A stretch of DNA of 33,457 nt from Stramenopiles sp. TOSAG23-6 (Eukaryota), in NCBI GenBank assembly GCA_900128565.1, contig LT635954.1, positions 1-33,457 on the forward strand, read 5' to 3'. A program made the translations under genes and the position numbers. Below the pieces are notes generated by a model. That model had not been told where the DNA came from. It worked only from the letters and a program-made list of their open reading frames with translations, and made no database searches. Shown in pieces: positions 1-8,891 of this stretch. Each line of letters starts with the position of its first letter. Positions within the stretch are counted from its first letter, which is position 1.

Positions 1-61
1 ACGAAATTTTGTACCTAACAAAAATTAAGTTTTTTTTTTGAAATATTTTTCCAAAATACAT
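1..61 (+). other. 3' part of non-canonical intron (sirtuin)
   Basis: acgaaattttGTACCTAAC (11-19)…ttgaaatatttttccaaaatacat, then sirtuin coding sequence. Near-identical to the 3' half of intron 7354..7450. Exact end uncertain (57-62). Confidence 0.75.
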
Positions 62-62
62 T

Positions 63-1110
63 TGTGGTGGACTAATCAAACCAGATATTACATTTTTTGG
101 TGAGAATATTCCAAAACAGGTTGCAAATCTTCTGACCAAAGATCGAAGCAAAGCTGATCTTTTACTTGTGATGGGCACTTCACTTCAAGTAGCTCCAATG
201 TTAGTTTTCATCATGAATTTCAAATTTATTTTTTTTTACTATGAAAATTTTGTACCTAATGAATTTCAAACTATACACATACTATCCAAAAAAATATGAG
301 TTCTGTGTTGGGTTTTTTACCTGGTCATGTTCCTCAAATTCTCATTAACTTGAAACCTATAAAGATCGAAAAGCAACATAAAAGTGATGGATTTGACGTT
401 GAACTATTAGGAGAAAGTGATTCTATCATTCAAGTATGTTTCAATTTCGAATTTCGATTTTTTTTTTGAAATTTTTTTTTTAAATATTTTTTTGAAATTT
501 TTTTTTCCTAGAACATTTTATACCTAACGACTTTTTTTTGTCAAATATTTCTTCACAAGACGTTATTTAGTGAAACGATTACACGATGACGAAAATTCTA
601 GATTAAACAATAAAAAAAATAAATCAAAAAAGAAAATCATTCAATGGACTCTTCCAGAATCACTTCATTGTCAACGCACTGAAAATATTAACGTACCAAT
701 TCGACTGTCGGAGAGGCGGTTTGGCTTGTTTGTTGTCCACTTTACTTTCAAATTTATTTTCTTTTGTACCAAATTTCGTACCTAACGGAATGTGGTTTTT
801 GAATATTTTTTCACGATATTTCTTTTCAGGTACCAATGAAATGCTTTATAGAGAATCCATGAATAATAATGATAGTAATAATAATGTTGTAGTTGAAGAC
901 AAATCTGTATGTTTTGATTATAAGTGTGACTCATGTGGGAAGACTATTTGTATAAAAAGATCTAGTTGTACTATTTGTTTTGATTTTGATTTGTGTATTG
1001 ATTGTGCTCTGAATGGAGAAGCAGAGGCGCATACAAAAGAATTTAGTGACAAAAATACATCAACCAATGATGAGAAATATTTTCATGTTTTTCATCAATT
1101 TTCTATATGA
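63..1110 (+). CDS. Class I sirtuin (Sir2/SIRT1-like NAD-dependent deacetylase), 5'-partial, with C-terminal ZZ-type zinc finger; exons ~63..199, 298..433, 564..723, 821..1110
   Basis: Manual translation gives CGGLIKPDITFFGE…ADLLLVMGTSLQVAP|MSSVLGFLPGHVPQILIN…FDVELLGESDSIIQ|YLVKRL, matching Sir2 motifs KPDITFFGE, GTSLxVxP, VPQxLIN and LLGxxD. The last exon has CDSC…CTICFDFDLCIDC…H (ZZ pattern). Confidence 0.9.
200..297 (+). other. Non-canonical intron GT…AT (98 nt), sirtuin
   Basis: gttagt…gtacctaat(252-260)…aaaatat. Removal gives QVAPMSSVLGFLPGHVPQ, with the same 8-residue P-to-P spacing as Sir2/SIRT1. The GAG at 298-300 would give one residue fewer. Confidence 0.8.
434..563 (+). other. Non-canonical intron GT…GT (130 nt), sirtuin
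   Basis: gtatgt…tacctaac(521-528)…agacgt. Removal gives GESDSIIQYLVKRL, colinear with SIRT1 GDCDVIINELCHRL. The AGs at 559 and 570 are out of frame with donor 434. Confidence 0.72.
724..820 (+). other. Intron of the same family (~97 nt), boundaries ambiguous (GC…TT, GC…AT at 817, GC…AG at 829, or 719..815 GT…CG)
   Basis: Frame changes between ORF 570..785 and ORF 721..1110; gtacctaac at 778-786. The 724..820 splice yields RFVFSG, resembling SIRT1 RYIFHG. Confidence 0.6.
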
Positions 1111-1161
1111 ACATAAATAAGCATCTTTAATTCTTTATAATAAAATGTTACAATATTTATT

Positions 1162-3165
1162 TTAAATCTTTTGATATTCTTCATATAAAATCTTATCTGA
1201 ATAAGACAGGGATGTTCCAATGACGCCAGGAATTCGATGAGCCGGTGATAATCGTTTCAAATCCCAATATTTCATACCAAATTCCTTACCTAAAAAATGT
1301 TTCTCTCTTTGATCTCCACATTTTAGTCCATCCTCGTTAATAGCGACTGGAATATAATTTTCAAGAATTTTGATACACGAAATACAACAAATACAAGGTA
1401 TAAAATATGAACGAAAACTTTCTATACCTAATTCTATACTTAATTGTGGATTTTGTACATACTTTTGTTCTGGGTCTATTGTACTGACACCACTTGGCAA
1501 ATTCGAAATTGATTTTTCTTTGCATAAGTATGCAACATACCCAAAACCACTGGATACTTTTTTCTTACACATAGGACAACAATCTAAACAATTTACAGCT
1601 TTTTCTTCAATATCTAAAACACATTCTTTTGTTACTCGAGTAAATGGTCCTGTCAATACAATTTGTGTACTACATTTCTCAAAATCTTCATTTGTTCCAT
1701 TCATTGAAAGCATATACATCAATTCTTGAGCTTTTTGTGTTGTTTCTACATTATTTAATTTTTGTTTTTCAACTGTTTTATCATTATTACAATTATTATT
1801 CTCCACTATTTTACAATTCATTTGACTTGTATCAGATAATTCATTGTATCCTGGAATACCCATAAGACGAAACATAGTACCACTCAAGCAGTAGGAAATC
1901 TTCATATTATGTGTAACTGCATTTCTTAAGTCATTCGACATTATGTCAGATGTTTCGATAAAAGAATCTAAATCTTTCTGAGTTTGAGTAATAATGTTTT
2001 GACAAATCTGTATTGCACGATTACAGTCAATTATTTGATGACGTGCATCCCATCCTTGTGCCACAGCCGCATGATATGACTTCAAAGCATTTTTAAATCT
2101 ACGCAATGCAGTCATAATATAATTACTCCCATTACGAGAATGCATATACCCTGAAAAGTGAACGGCAGGAACCTTGAGCACGTTTGGTAACTTTGGTGGA
2201 TCTATTAAACAATTCCACATTGTTTGACAGAGCATAGCACTATTGAAGTTAAGTGCAGCCCATTCGAAACAATGAGATGTACGATATGGCTTTAATATCT
2301 TTAGCAAATCTTCAAAACGAGAACTGGCCTCAGTAAATGCAAGATTAGTCTCTAGGGAACGGAGATGATTAAGTCGTTGAACTTCCATAGAGAGTGCAGA
2401 TAAAATACACTCTACTGATGACGGGATATTGTTCACAATTGTATTGGTATTCTCTTTTTCTATAGGTTTGTCGTTTTGTAAAACTGTTGACGGGATATTG
2501 TTCACAATTGTATTGTTATTCTCTTTTTCTATAGTTTTGTCATTTTTAATACCATTGGAACTATGAGAAGGAACCTCTACACTATCACTAACACTGTCAA
2601 TACGTTTAGTCATCTTTGGTGGAACCGTGTCCTCATCAATTTTAGCAATCGCAGCTGCAACAGCTTCTTCATTTGATGATCCAGAAGCAAGCGCATCATG
2701 GGCTGCCTGCATACCTAGACGTAAGGACACTTCTGGGGAAATAGCTGCTGTGCACTTGGAATCTTTTGATGAAGATTTGACAGGAACTGGTTGTAAAGCT
2801 TCAAAAGCTTCAATCGTAGCGGCTGCAGCGGCGGCAGCTGCCTTTTCTTTAGTTTTCCCGCCTGCCAAGGCTATCCTACCCGCAGCAAGACCAGCATTTT
2901 TAGCTTTTTCAATCACTTCATTACTACATAATTGTGCTTGCCTATTTCCACTTTGAACCGCGGATTTCTTTCTTGCTGCCTGACAAGCTCTTTTGTGAAA
3001 CTTCCATATCTTCATCTGACACGCTCGACCACAAAAGTGTACGAGACGACAGCCAGAGCACCGAAGGAGATTTGCCTTTGTTACACCACACGCAAGACAC
3101 TTTCTAACCACTCGTAATACATCATTTGTCTTATTCAAAGATTGAGAATCACAAGCCACTGTCAT
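1162..3165 (-). CDS. MYND-type zinc finger protein (667 aa)
   Basis: N-terminal CLAC…CSGCRLVHFCGRACQMKIWKFHKRAC fits the zf-MYND consensus; long uninterrupted ORF. Confidence 0.85.
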   Translation of the reverse strand: MTVACDSQSLNKTNDVLRVVRKCLACGVTKANLLRCSGCRLVHFCGRACQMKIWKFHKRACQAARKKSAVQSGNRQAQLCSNEVIEKAKNAGLAAGRIALAGGKTKEKAAAAAAAATIEAFEALQPVPVKSSSKDSKCTAAISPEVSLRLGMQAAHDALASGSSNEEAVAAAIAKIDEDTVPPKMTKRIDSVSDSVEVPSHSSNGIKNDKTIEKENNNTIVNNIPSTVLQNDKPIEKENTNTIVNNIPSSVECILSALSMEVQRLNHLRSLETNLAFTEASSRFEDLLKILKPYRTSHCFEWAALNFNSAMLCQTMWNCLIDPPKLPNVLKVPAVHFSGYMHSRNGSNYIMTALRRFKNALKSYHAAVAQGWDARHQIIDCNRAIQICQNIITQTQKDLDSFIETSDIMSNDLRNAVTHNMKISYCLSGTMFRLMGIPGYNELSDTSQMNCKIVENNNCNNDKTVEKQKLNNVETTQKAQELMYMLSMNGTNEDFEKCSTQIVLTGPFTRVTKECVLDIEEKAVNCLDCCPMCKKKVSSGFGYVAYLCKEKSISNLPSGVSTIDPEQKYVQNPQLSIELGIESFRSYFIPCICCISCIKILENYIPVAINEDGLKCGDQREKHFLGKEFGMKYWDLKRLSPAHRIPGVIGTSLSYSDKILYEEYQKI
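2419..2547 (-). repeat. 69-bp (23 aa) coding tandem duplication in MYND gene
   Basis: tgacgggatattgttcacaattgtattg at 2419 and 2488; encodes NDKxIEKENxNTIVNNIPS twice. Confidence 0.85.
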
Positions 3166-3496
3166 TATACTAAAACTAACCAGTAATAATAAACACGTAG
3201 TTATATCAGGTCCTCTGGTGGTAAGGCCTACTACTATAATACCCTTTTGGAAGAGACTACTAGCTACACGGGATGGTATACTGGTACAGTGTACGAGTTC
3301 GTTTGATTGATGATGATGGATGTTTGGCTTTTTTTTTGGGTTGAACTTGAACTTGACCCCACGAAATCGAAATCGCCCATTTTTTTGCGGCCGTTAAAAA
3401 AAGATCCACTACTGGTGAAATAATCTACCTAGTCAGTTAAAGAAAACTTTTCAAGAATTGCAAAGCTTCTTGCAGTATACATTACACAGGGCTTCA

Positions 3497-4831
3497 ATGG
3501 TAATTGTATCAAAAATGAATGTCTTTCTTTGTCTCGCATTGGTTGTGATGTGCTATTCTGCCGATACTGCCGATTTGGTATTTAGGGTTGTACCAACAGG
3601 ATTTGTTGTAAGTGGGCCCACCGCAGAACAACAAAAGGAAATCACCAAGGACAACATTATGACTCCCGGGAGCCGAATGCACCAATGGAAATTTATTGAT
3701 AAACCAAGGATTGAGGCAGACTTTTTAGAGCCAGTACCATTATCTGGAAAGAAGCTGTATAGATCATGCGACAAATTTGGTGCTTATCCTGAAGGGAAAC
3801 GTGATTTTGAAATTTTGACTGGAGAAACCACCCGAAACGACGTTTACATTGTTCCCTTTCTTGATAACCGGGTAAAAGTGCAGGAGCTTTACTGCCGCTC
3901 CAAAGCTACAAGAAGTAATCCAAAAGTCTCGGTGTATGAATATACAGGTAAAGACGGAAAGAGACTCTTCAACTTCTCAAACGAATTGGCAAAGGAATTA
4001 TGGAACTATCAAGAGACTGAAAAAGGACCGTTTATTTTTCGTGCTTTTTTGAGTGGTGCTTTTGGTTATAAAAATGGTCATGGACAAGTGCAAAGAAGTA
4101 CACATCATAGTCCTTCGAAAAAATATTTAAAGAATGAAAGGCATGGTGACCCGCTGTTTTATATTTGGATGTGGCACAATTTGCATGAGTTCTACGATGG
4201 CTTTGTAACTGAGCAGTCGAACTGTGGAGCAAAAGAGTATGTCATATTTGCGCAGCTTTCTCCGCGTAAAGCAAATAAAGGTGGAACAATTTCTTTTGAA
4301 ATTCCATTAGATGATAAGTATGAATTCGAAGTTGACAGATACGTAGAACGAGGCGATAAAGGTGGAGCGGGGCGTCATGGTCTAAGATTTGGTGGAGTAC
4401 ATCCTAGACCACTCTTGCGTAAGCCACCTACCGCGAGTTCGGCTCTATTTGGACAGCCGTCAGACAGATCTGCAAGCCTATTTGAAGGTGGAGCAATGTC
4501 ATCCTCATCTGCAGGCCGATCTGCAAGTGGAGGACGTCGTAGACCACGCTTGCCCTTGGTTAAGCGTAAACGTGATGAAGTGGAGCCTGATTGGAAAAGG
4601 TCGGACGATCGTGCACGTGGTATTGCGAGTATGGCAGCTTTTAATCCACCATCACCATCAGAAGAACGGGGAAGTCTTGCATCTGCGCCTGAGCTGTCTT
4701 CTCCATGGTCATCTGAGCAACTTCCTCAAGCTTTATCTGGTGCTAGTACATTTGCTGAATCTATGGCATCATCTACAACTGCAGCATCTCGTCCAATGAC
4801 TCCGCCTGATGGCGGGTGGAGCACCCCATGA
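3497..4831 (+). CDS. Hypothetical, probably secreted protein with Ser/Arg/Pro-rich disordered C-terminus (start ATG 3497 or 3515)
   Basis: Long ORF; hydrophobic signal-like MNVFLCLALVVMCYSA; no family recognised. Confidence 0.7.
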   Translation: MVIVSKMNVFLCLALVVMCYSADTADLVFRVVPTGFVVSGPTAEQQKEITKDNIMTPGSRMHQWKFIDKPRIEADFLEPVPLSGKKLYRSCDKFGAYPEGKRDFEILTGETTRNDVYIVPFLDNRVKVQELYCRSKATRSNPKVSVYEYTGKDGKRLFNFSNELAKELWNYQETEKGPFIFRAFLSGAFGYKNGHGQVQRSTHHSPSKKYLKNERHGDPLFYIWMWHNLHEFYDGFVTEQSNCGAKEYVIFAQLSPRKANKGGTISFEIPLDDKYEFEVDRYVERGDKGGAGRHGLRFGGVHPRPLLRKPPTASSALFGQPSDRSASLFEGGAMSSSSAGRSASGGRRRPRLPLVKRKRDEVEPDWKRSDDRARGIASMAAFNPPSPSEERGSLASAPELSSPWSSEQLPQALSGASTFAESMASSTTAASRPMTPPDGGWSTP

Positions 4832-4967
4832 AATTCGCAAGAGTTTTGGTTGTAAATTATAACAATGGGAAGACTAAAAAAACAAACTTTTGAATATATA
4901 TAAACATTTTTTTTATAAAATTTTCATACTCGTGGATTATATAATATATTTTATATGATATATCTAA

Positions 4968-5181
4968 ATTTTGAGAAATCTTCAAAGAAAGTGTATTCAT
5001 TAATATATATAGCTATAGTACTATGATAATGTATGTGATTAATATCAACGATTGTAATACACTACAACATGTCATTATTCTAAGAAAGAATCATGATTTC
5101 AAAAAATTATTACATCATATGAACAATTTTTATAAATTTCCAACAAATTTCAAATTTAATCATTTTTTAGTAGTACCGGGT
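4968..5181 (+). repeat. ~210-bp AT-rich direct repeat, copy 1
   Basis: attttgagaaatcttcaaagaaagtg…tttaatcattttttagtagtaccgggt; highly similar to 5955..6176. Confidence 0.92.
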
Positions 5182-5293
5182 AATATTATTCTGATTTTCA
5201 AATTGTGTTTCACCAGCGTCTCACCAGCTCGAGGTCGGTCTGACAAGCAAAAAGTGTTACTAGTAGTACGTACCCTACGACTACTTTCATAAA

Positions 5294-5800
5294 ATGGTAA
5301 AAATTAATAAGATTGCAGCAAAAAAGAAGACTGTACGGCGTACAACCCCTTACCGGTTAGGCCGTATGCGCGCGCGGGCAATGCGGGCACTCCGGGTTCC
5401 AAAAAAAGGATGGGCCGCCTTACATTATGCTGTATATGGCGGTCATGTTGAAGTAGTTGGACTACTTCTTGGTAAAGGTGCTAATGTCAATCAGGCTGAT
5501 GAATTGGGAAGAACCCCATTGTGGATTGCTTCAGCGAATGGTCGTGTGGGAGTAGTTGAAAAACTCCTCAAAGTAAAGGGAATTAAGATAAATCAGACTA
5601 ATCCTAATTTCGGAATTAATCCATTGTATGCTGCTTCACTGAATGGTCATCCAGAAGTAGTTCGACTACTTCTTGAGAATGGTGCTAATGTCAATCATGT
5701 TGATGAAGACGGGCGCACCCCATTGTGGATTGCTTCAGCGAGTGGTCATGCTGAAGTAGTTGGGCAACTTATTGCTGCTGGTGCAGATGTCAATAAATAA
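5294..5800 (+). CDS. Ankyrin-repeat protein (4 repeats), C-terminally truncated, possibly decaying
   Basis: G-x-T/A-P/A-L-H/W/Y…G-H-x-E-V-V-x-x-L-L-x-x-G-A-x-V-N repeats; a fifth repeat continues out of frame after the stop. Confidence 0.85.
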   Translation: MVKINKIAAKKKTVRRTTPYRLGRMRARAMRALRVPKKGWAALHYAVYGGHVEVVGLLLGKGANVNQADELGRTPLWIASANGRVGVVEKLLKVKGIKINQTNPNFGINPLYAASLNGHPEVVRLLLENGANVNHVDEDGRTPLWIASASGHAEVVGQLIAAGADVNK

Positions 5801-5954
5801 GGCTGACAATGACGGAAATACCCCATTGTATATTGGTATATATTGCTTGCAAAAAAAGGCAGAAGAATGAAAGTTTGATATAGGATTGAATGTTTTTAAT
5901 TTAGAATTTGACGCTATTCTTTAAATAAAAACACCATCAATCTTCAAATTTTTG

Positions 5955-6176
5955 ATTTTGAGAAATCTTCAAAGAAAGTGATTAATTAATATATATAGCT
6001 ATAGTACTATGATAATGTGTATCATTTATATCAACGATTGTAATACACTACAACATGTCATTATTCTAAGAAAATATCATTATTTCAAATAAATTATTAT
6101 GTCATATGAACAATTTTTATAAATTTCCAACAAATTTCAAATTTAATCATTTTTTAGTAGGTATAGGGTACCGGGT
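5955..6176 (+). repeat. ~210-bp AT-rich direct repeat, copy 2
   Basis: Similar to 4968..5181 and also ends in gtaccgggt. Confidence 0.92.
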
Positions 6177-6275
6177 GAACGAAAAAAAATAACTGACATT
6201 AAAACGGACAAACGGATACTCGAGCTTCAAGGCTACTACAAATACTAAAAAAGATTTTTAGTTACAAAAGCCAGA

Positions 6276-7755
6276 ATGTCTGCTCCCAGAGGTCCCCGAT
6301 TCAACTTTGGTTCTGCATCTGATCGAGATAGTATAGTATATGGCTGCTGTGAACCTGGGTTTAAACATCCCGAGGTAGGTACACCAAGGACTCCGAGGAC
6401 TGCTCCAACAAATTTGAGTTCTGTCGAGACCTGGGCTTCATTTATGAAAAGTGCAAAAATATCTCGAGTAATTGTCCTGCTTACTCCGGAAGAATATTCT
6501 TTCTTTGAAACATCATTGTTATCAACATATAGAGAACATTTTAGTACTGTCATTCGTGTGGCACCGTATACAGAAGGATCGCTTGAAGGTTTACTAAGAG
6601 CCTTCAGTGACGCCGAAGAAGCAGGAGAAAAAGTTGTCGTCCACTGCGCAACTGGCCAAGGAAGAACCGCAGATGCATTGGCTCTATGGTTACACCATCG
6701 ATATAATCTTAGTGTAAGTGATGCCGTGGAAGAAATATCGCTTCATGCTAAAAAAATACGTACTTTAAGACGACCGACTGTCAGTGGTTTATTGAAGATT
6801 CTTGAACCAAATTTACGACCGCCTCAAATGGGTCAAAATTTGTTGAGAAATTCGCATTCAGAGTACGGTATGCTGACATCACGCAGTGCATATAGTGGAA
6901 TGACTCCAAGATTACCTATAGCTACACCACTCTCATCATCAGATTCATTGGTATCTTCTGAAGATACGAAAAAAGTTGATAAAAACCAATTTCACGTTAC
7001 ATTAATTCAAATGGGAGGGACTATTGACAAAATGTATCCAGTGGGTGATGGTAGCGAACCTAATGGTGGTGCAAAAGCTATGATTGGCGATTCTGCTACA
7101 GCACGATTATTTGCGTTACTTCCAATTGGATTTACGTATGACGTCATTTCCCTATGTCGTCGGTCAGGTACTGCAAAAAACGAAGATTTAAATCGTTTAG
7201 TTAGAATATGTAGTATCGCAGAATCCAACAAGATTCTTGTGACACACAGTGAAGAAGGAATGGTTCAAACAGCACAATATTTACGACAGAACATTTTAGC
7301 AGCAGGTAAACATGGTGCGCTTTCAAAGAAAACAATTGTTTTCACTGGTGCATGTATGTTTTTTTTTTTTTTTCAAATTCCAAATTTGTTTTTCGTACGA
7401 AATTTTGTACCTAACAATAATTTTTTTTGAAATATTTTTCCAAAATATATTTATTCCAGAAGTCTACAAAGCCTCTGATGCTGATTTTAATGTTGGTGTT
7501 TCTGTTGGTGCATTGAATGTTTTAAAACGTGGCGTTTTTATTTGTATGAATGGTCGAGTATTTGAGTCTTCAAGATGTCAAAGAATAGAAAAAACTGGAT
7601 TTTTCACTTCTATTCCAGGTCAAAAACGAGTACCTAGTCATATAAACAAATCATCTATACCAAGTATCACTGACAAAGGCTTAAAATCTCCAAAGAAATC
7701 TACGAAAAAGCTTCAGACCAAACCACCTCCTACAATACCACATTCAAGAGGGTAA
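6276..7755 (+). CDS. Fusion of a Cys-based (CX5R) protein-tyrosine/dual-specificity phosphatase domain and an asparaginase-like domain; exons 6276..7353, 7451..7755 (460 aa)
   Basis: VVVHCATGQGRT P-loop, followed by asparaginase N-domain motifs MGGTIDK, ILVTH, IVFTGA|FIP…SDADFNVG…GVFICMNG, restored by splicing. Confidence 0.85.
7354..7450 (+). other. Non-canonical intron GT…AT (97 nt)
   Basis: gtatgt…gtacctaac(7407-7415)…caaaatatat. Removal restores TGAFIP (asparaginase TGAxxP). The nearest CAG (7459) would create an in-frame TAA. Confidence 0.88.
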
Positions 7756-7831
7756 AAGTTTTGCAGATATAATATAATATAATATAAAATAAACCGATAT
7801 TTTTTCTTTATTTGTTTTTTTTGAATCAAAG

Positions 7832-8689
7832 TCATTTCCAAGATAAACTTTTACTATCAATAACAGAAATTCCCGCTTCAGTTGCAAACGATAAAAACTC
7901 CTGAGCATTAGCTTCAAACCCAGATACAGGTGATTGACAATCTTCAAGTAAGAATATATCACGTAATCGTTCTTTTGGCCAACGAGGAACCATATCCCGA
8001 ACTGTAAAATTTACACAATGGCTCATGGCCTGTCCACAAACTAACACACGATTTGCACGAAGAAGTCGAGCAAGAAGCTTTTCATCGTAAAAGGTACGTG
8101 GGTCTGAATCAACAGGAACATCTGCTCTAAATGCACTGTAACATTCAGTTAACATATTGTTTCCTTTTATAAAGTAATGAACTGTTCGACTTTCTTTTTC
8201 TGCCTGCTTCACCCACTTGTCAAGGGCATCATTGATTGAGTCTACAACATTGTGACCACGTGTACCGATGAGACAATGCTCAGGCCAAATACAAAGCTTA
8301 AAACGACCTTGCTTTTCCAACTCTTGACAATATTTCAGCCCCCAGGTCTTGTGAGAGGGATTTCTAGTAGTCCATTTTCCCGAAGTAATATCTTCTGAGG
8401 TAATGATTGTAAATGGTTCAGGAGATGCTCCAGTAGCAGTACTCACCCAAAATCCAGGATGTGCAATGTGCATAGCTTCATGTGTATCCAGAGTTATAAT
8501 AATATCGTTGATTTTATCGCCGTGTGTTGCGATCATGTCAGCAATTCGCGAAGCATCGGCGTCTGCAGTTTCTATGGCTAGCGAGCCACCTGGATGGAAA
8601 TCTACTTGAGGATCAATGATAAACAATGTGGTTCCACCAGACTCGGGAAGCGTGGGAGTGCCATAAAAGTCTGTGCTAGGTGCCTCCAT
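7832..8689 (-). CDS. Nicotinamidase/isochorismatase-family cysteine hydrolase (PncA/Pnc1-like)
   Basis: IIDPQVDF…GSL…LDTH…WPEHC…KG…YSAF…GQAMSHCV contain the Asp/Lys/Cys triad and metal-ligand motifs; first ATG at 8689. Confidence 0.85.
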   Translation of the reverse strand: MEAPSTDFYGTPTLPESGGTTLFIIDPQVDFHPGGSLAIETADADASRIADMIATHGDKINDIIITLDTHEAMHIAHPGFWVSTATGASPEPFTIITSEDITSGKWTTRNPSHKTWGLKYCQELEKQGRFKLCIWPEHCLIGTRGHNVVDSINDALDKWVKQAEKESRTVHYFIKGNNMLTECYSAFRADVPVDSDPRTFYDEKLLARLLRANRVLVCGQAMSHCVNFTVRDMVPRWPKERLRDIFLLEDCQSPVSGFEANAQEFLSFATEAGISVIDSKSLSWK

Positions 8690-8891
8690 TGTCGGTAAGT
8701 TTTGTTCTAGTGTCAAAAAAAACAAAGCTTAATGGATAGATTGCGTCTTCTTGAAGGCTTTTAGTAATATTCTTCTTAAACTTTACTTTACATGACGAGT
8801 GAAGAAGGCGTGAAGAAGCTGCGAGGTGTCAAATTTGACCCGAACCGAGATGATTGATTGGTGCAGTTACCGGGTACCCGGTTATCTGAAA

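Noticed and set aside
570-785. Standalone small ORFs 570..785, 721..1110, 7312..7755, 12503..12730, 12957..13157, 13289..14020 and their mirrors
   Set aside because: They are exons of spliced genes. The shared tails FFCTKFRT/FFYTKFRT are translated intron motif.
5023-5292. 89-aa ORF
   Set aside because: Lies mostly in the AT-rich ~210-bp repeat and has no protein-like features.
4968-6176. Complete LTR retrotransposon
   Set aside because: No gag/pol, TG…CA termini, PBS/PPT or TSD visible; kept only as a direct-repeat observation.
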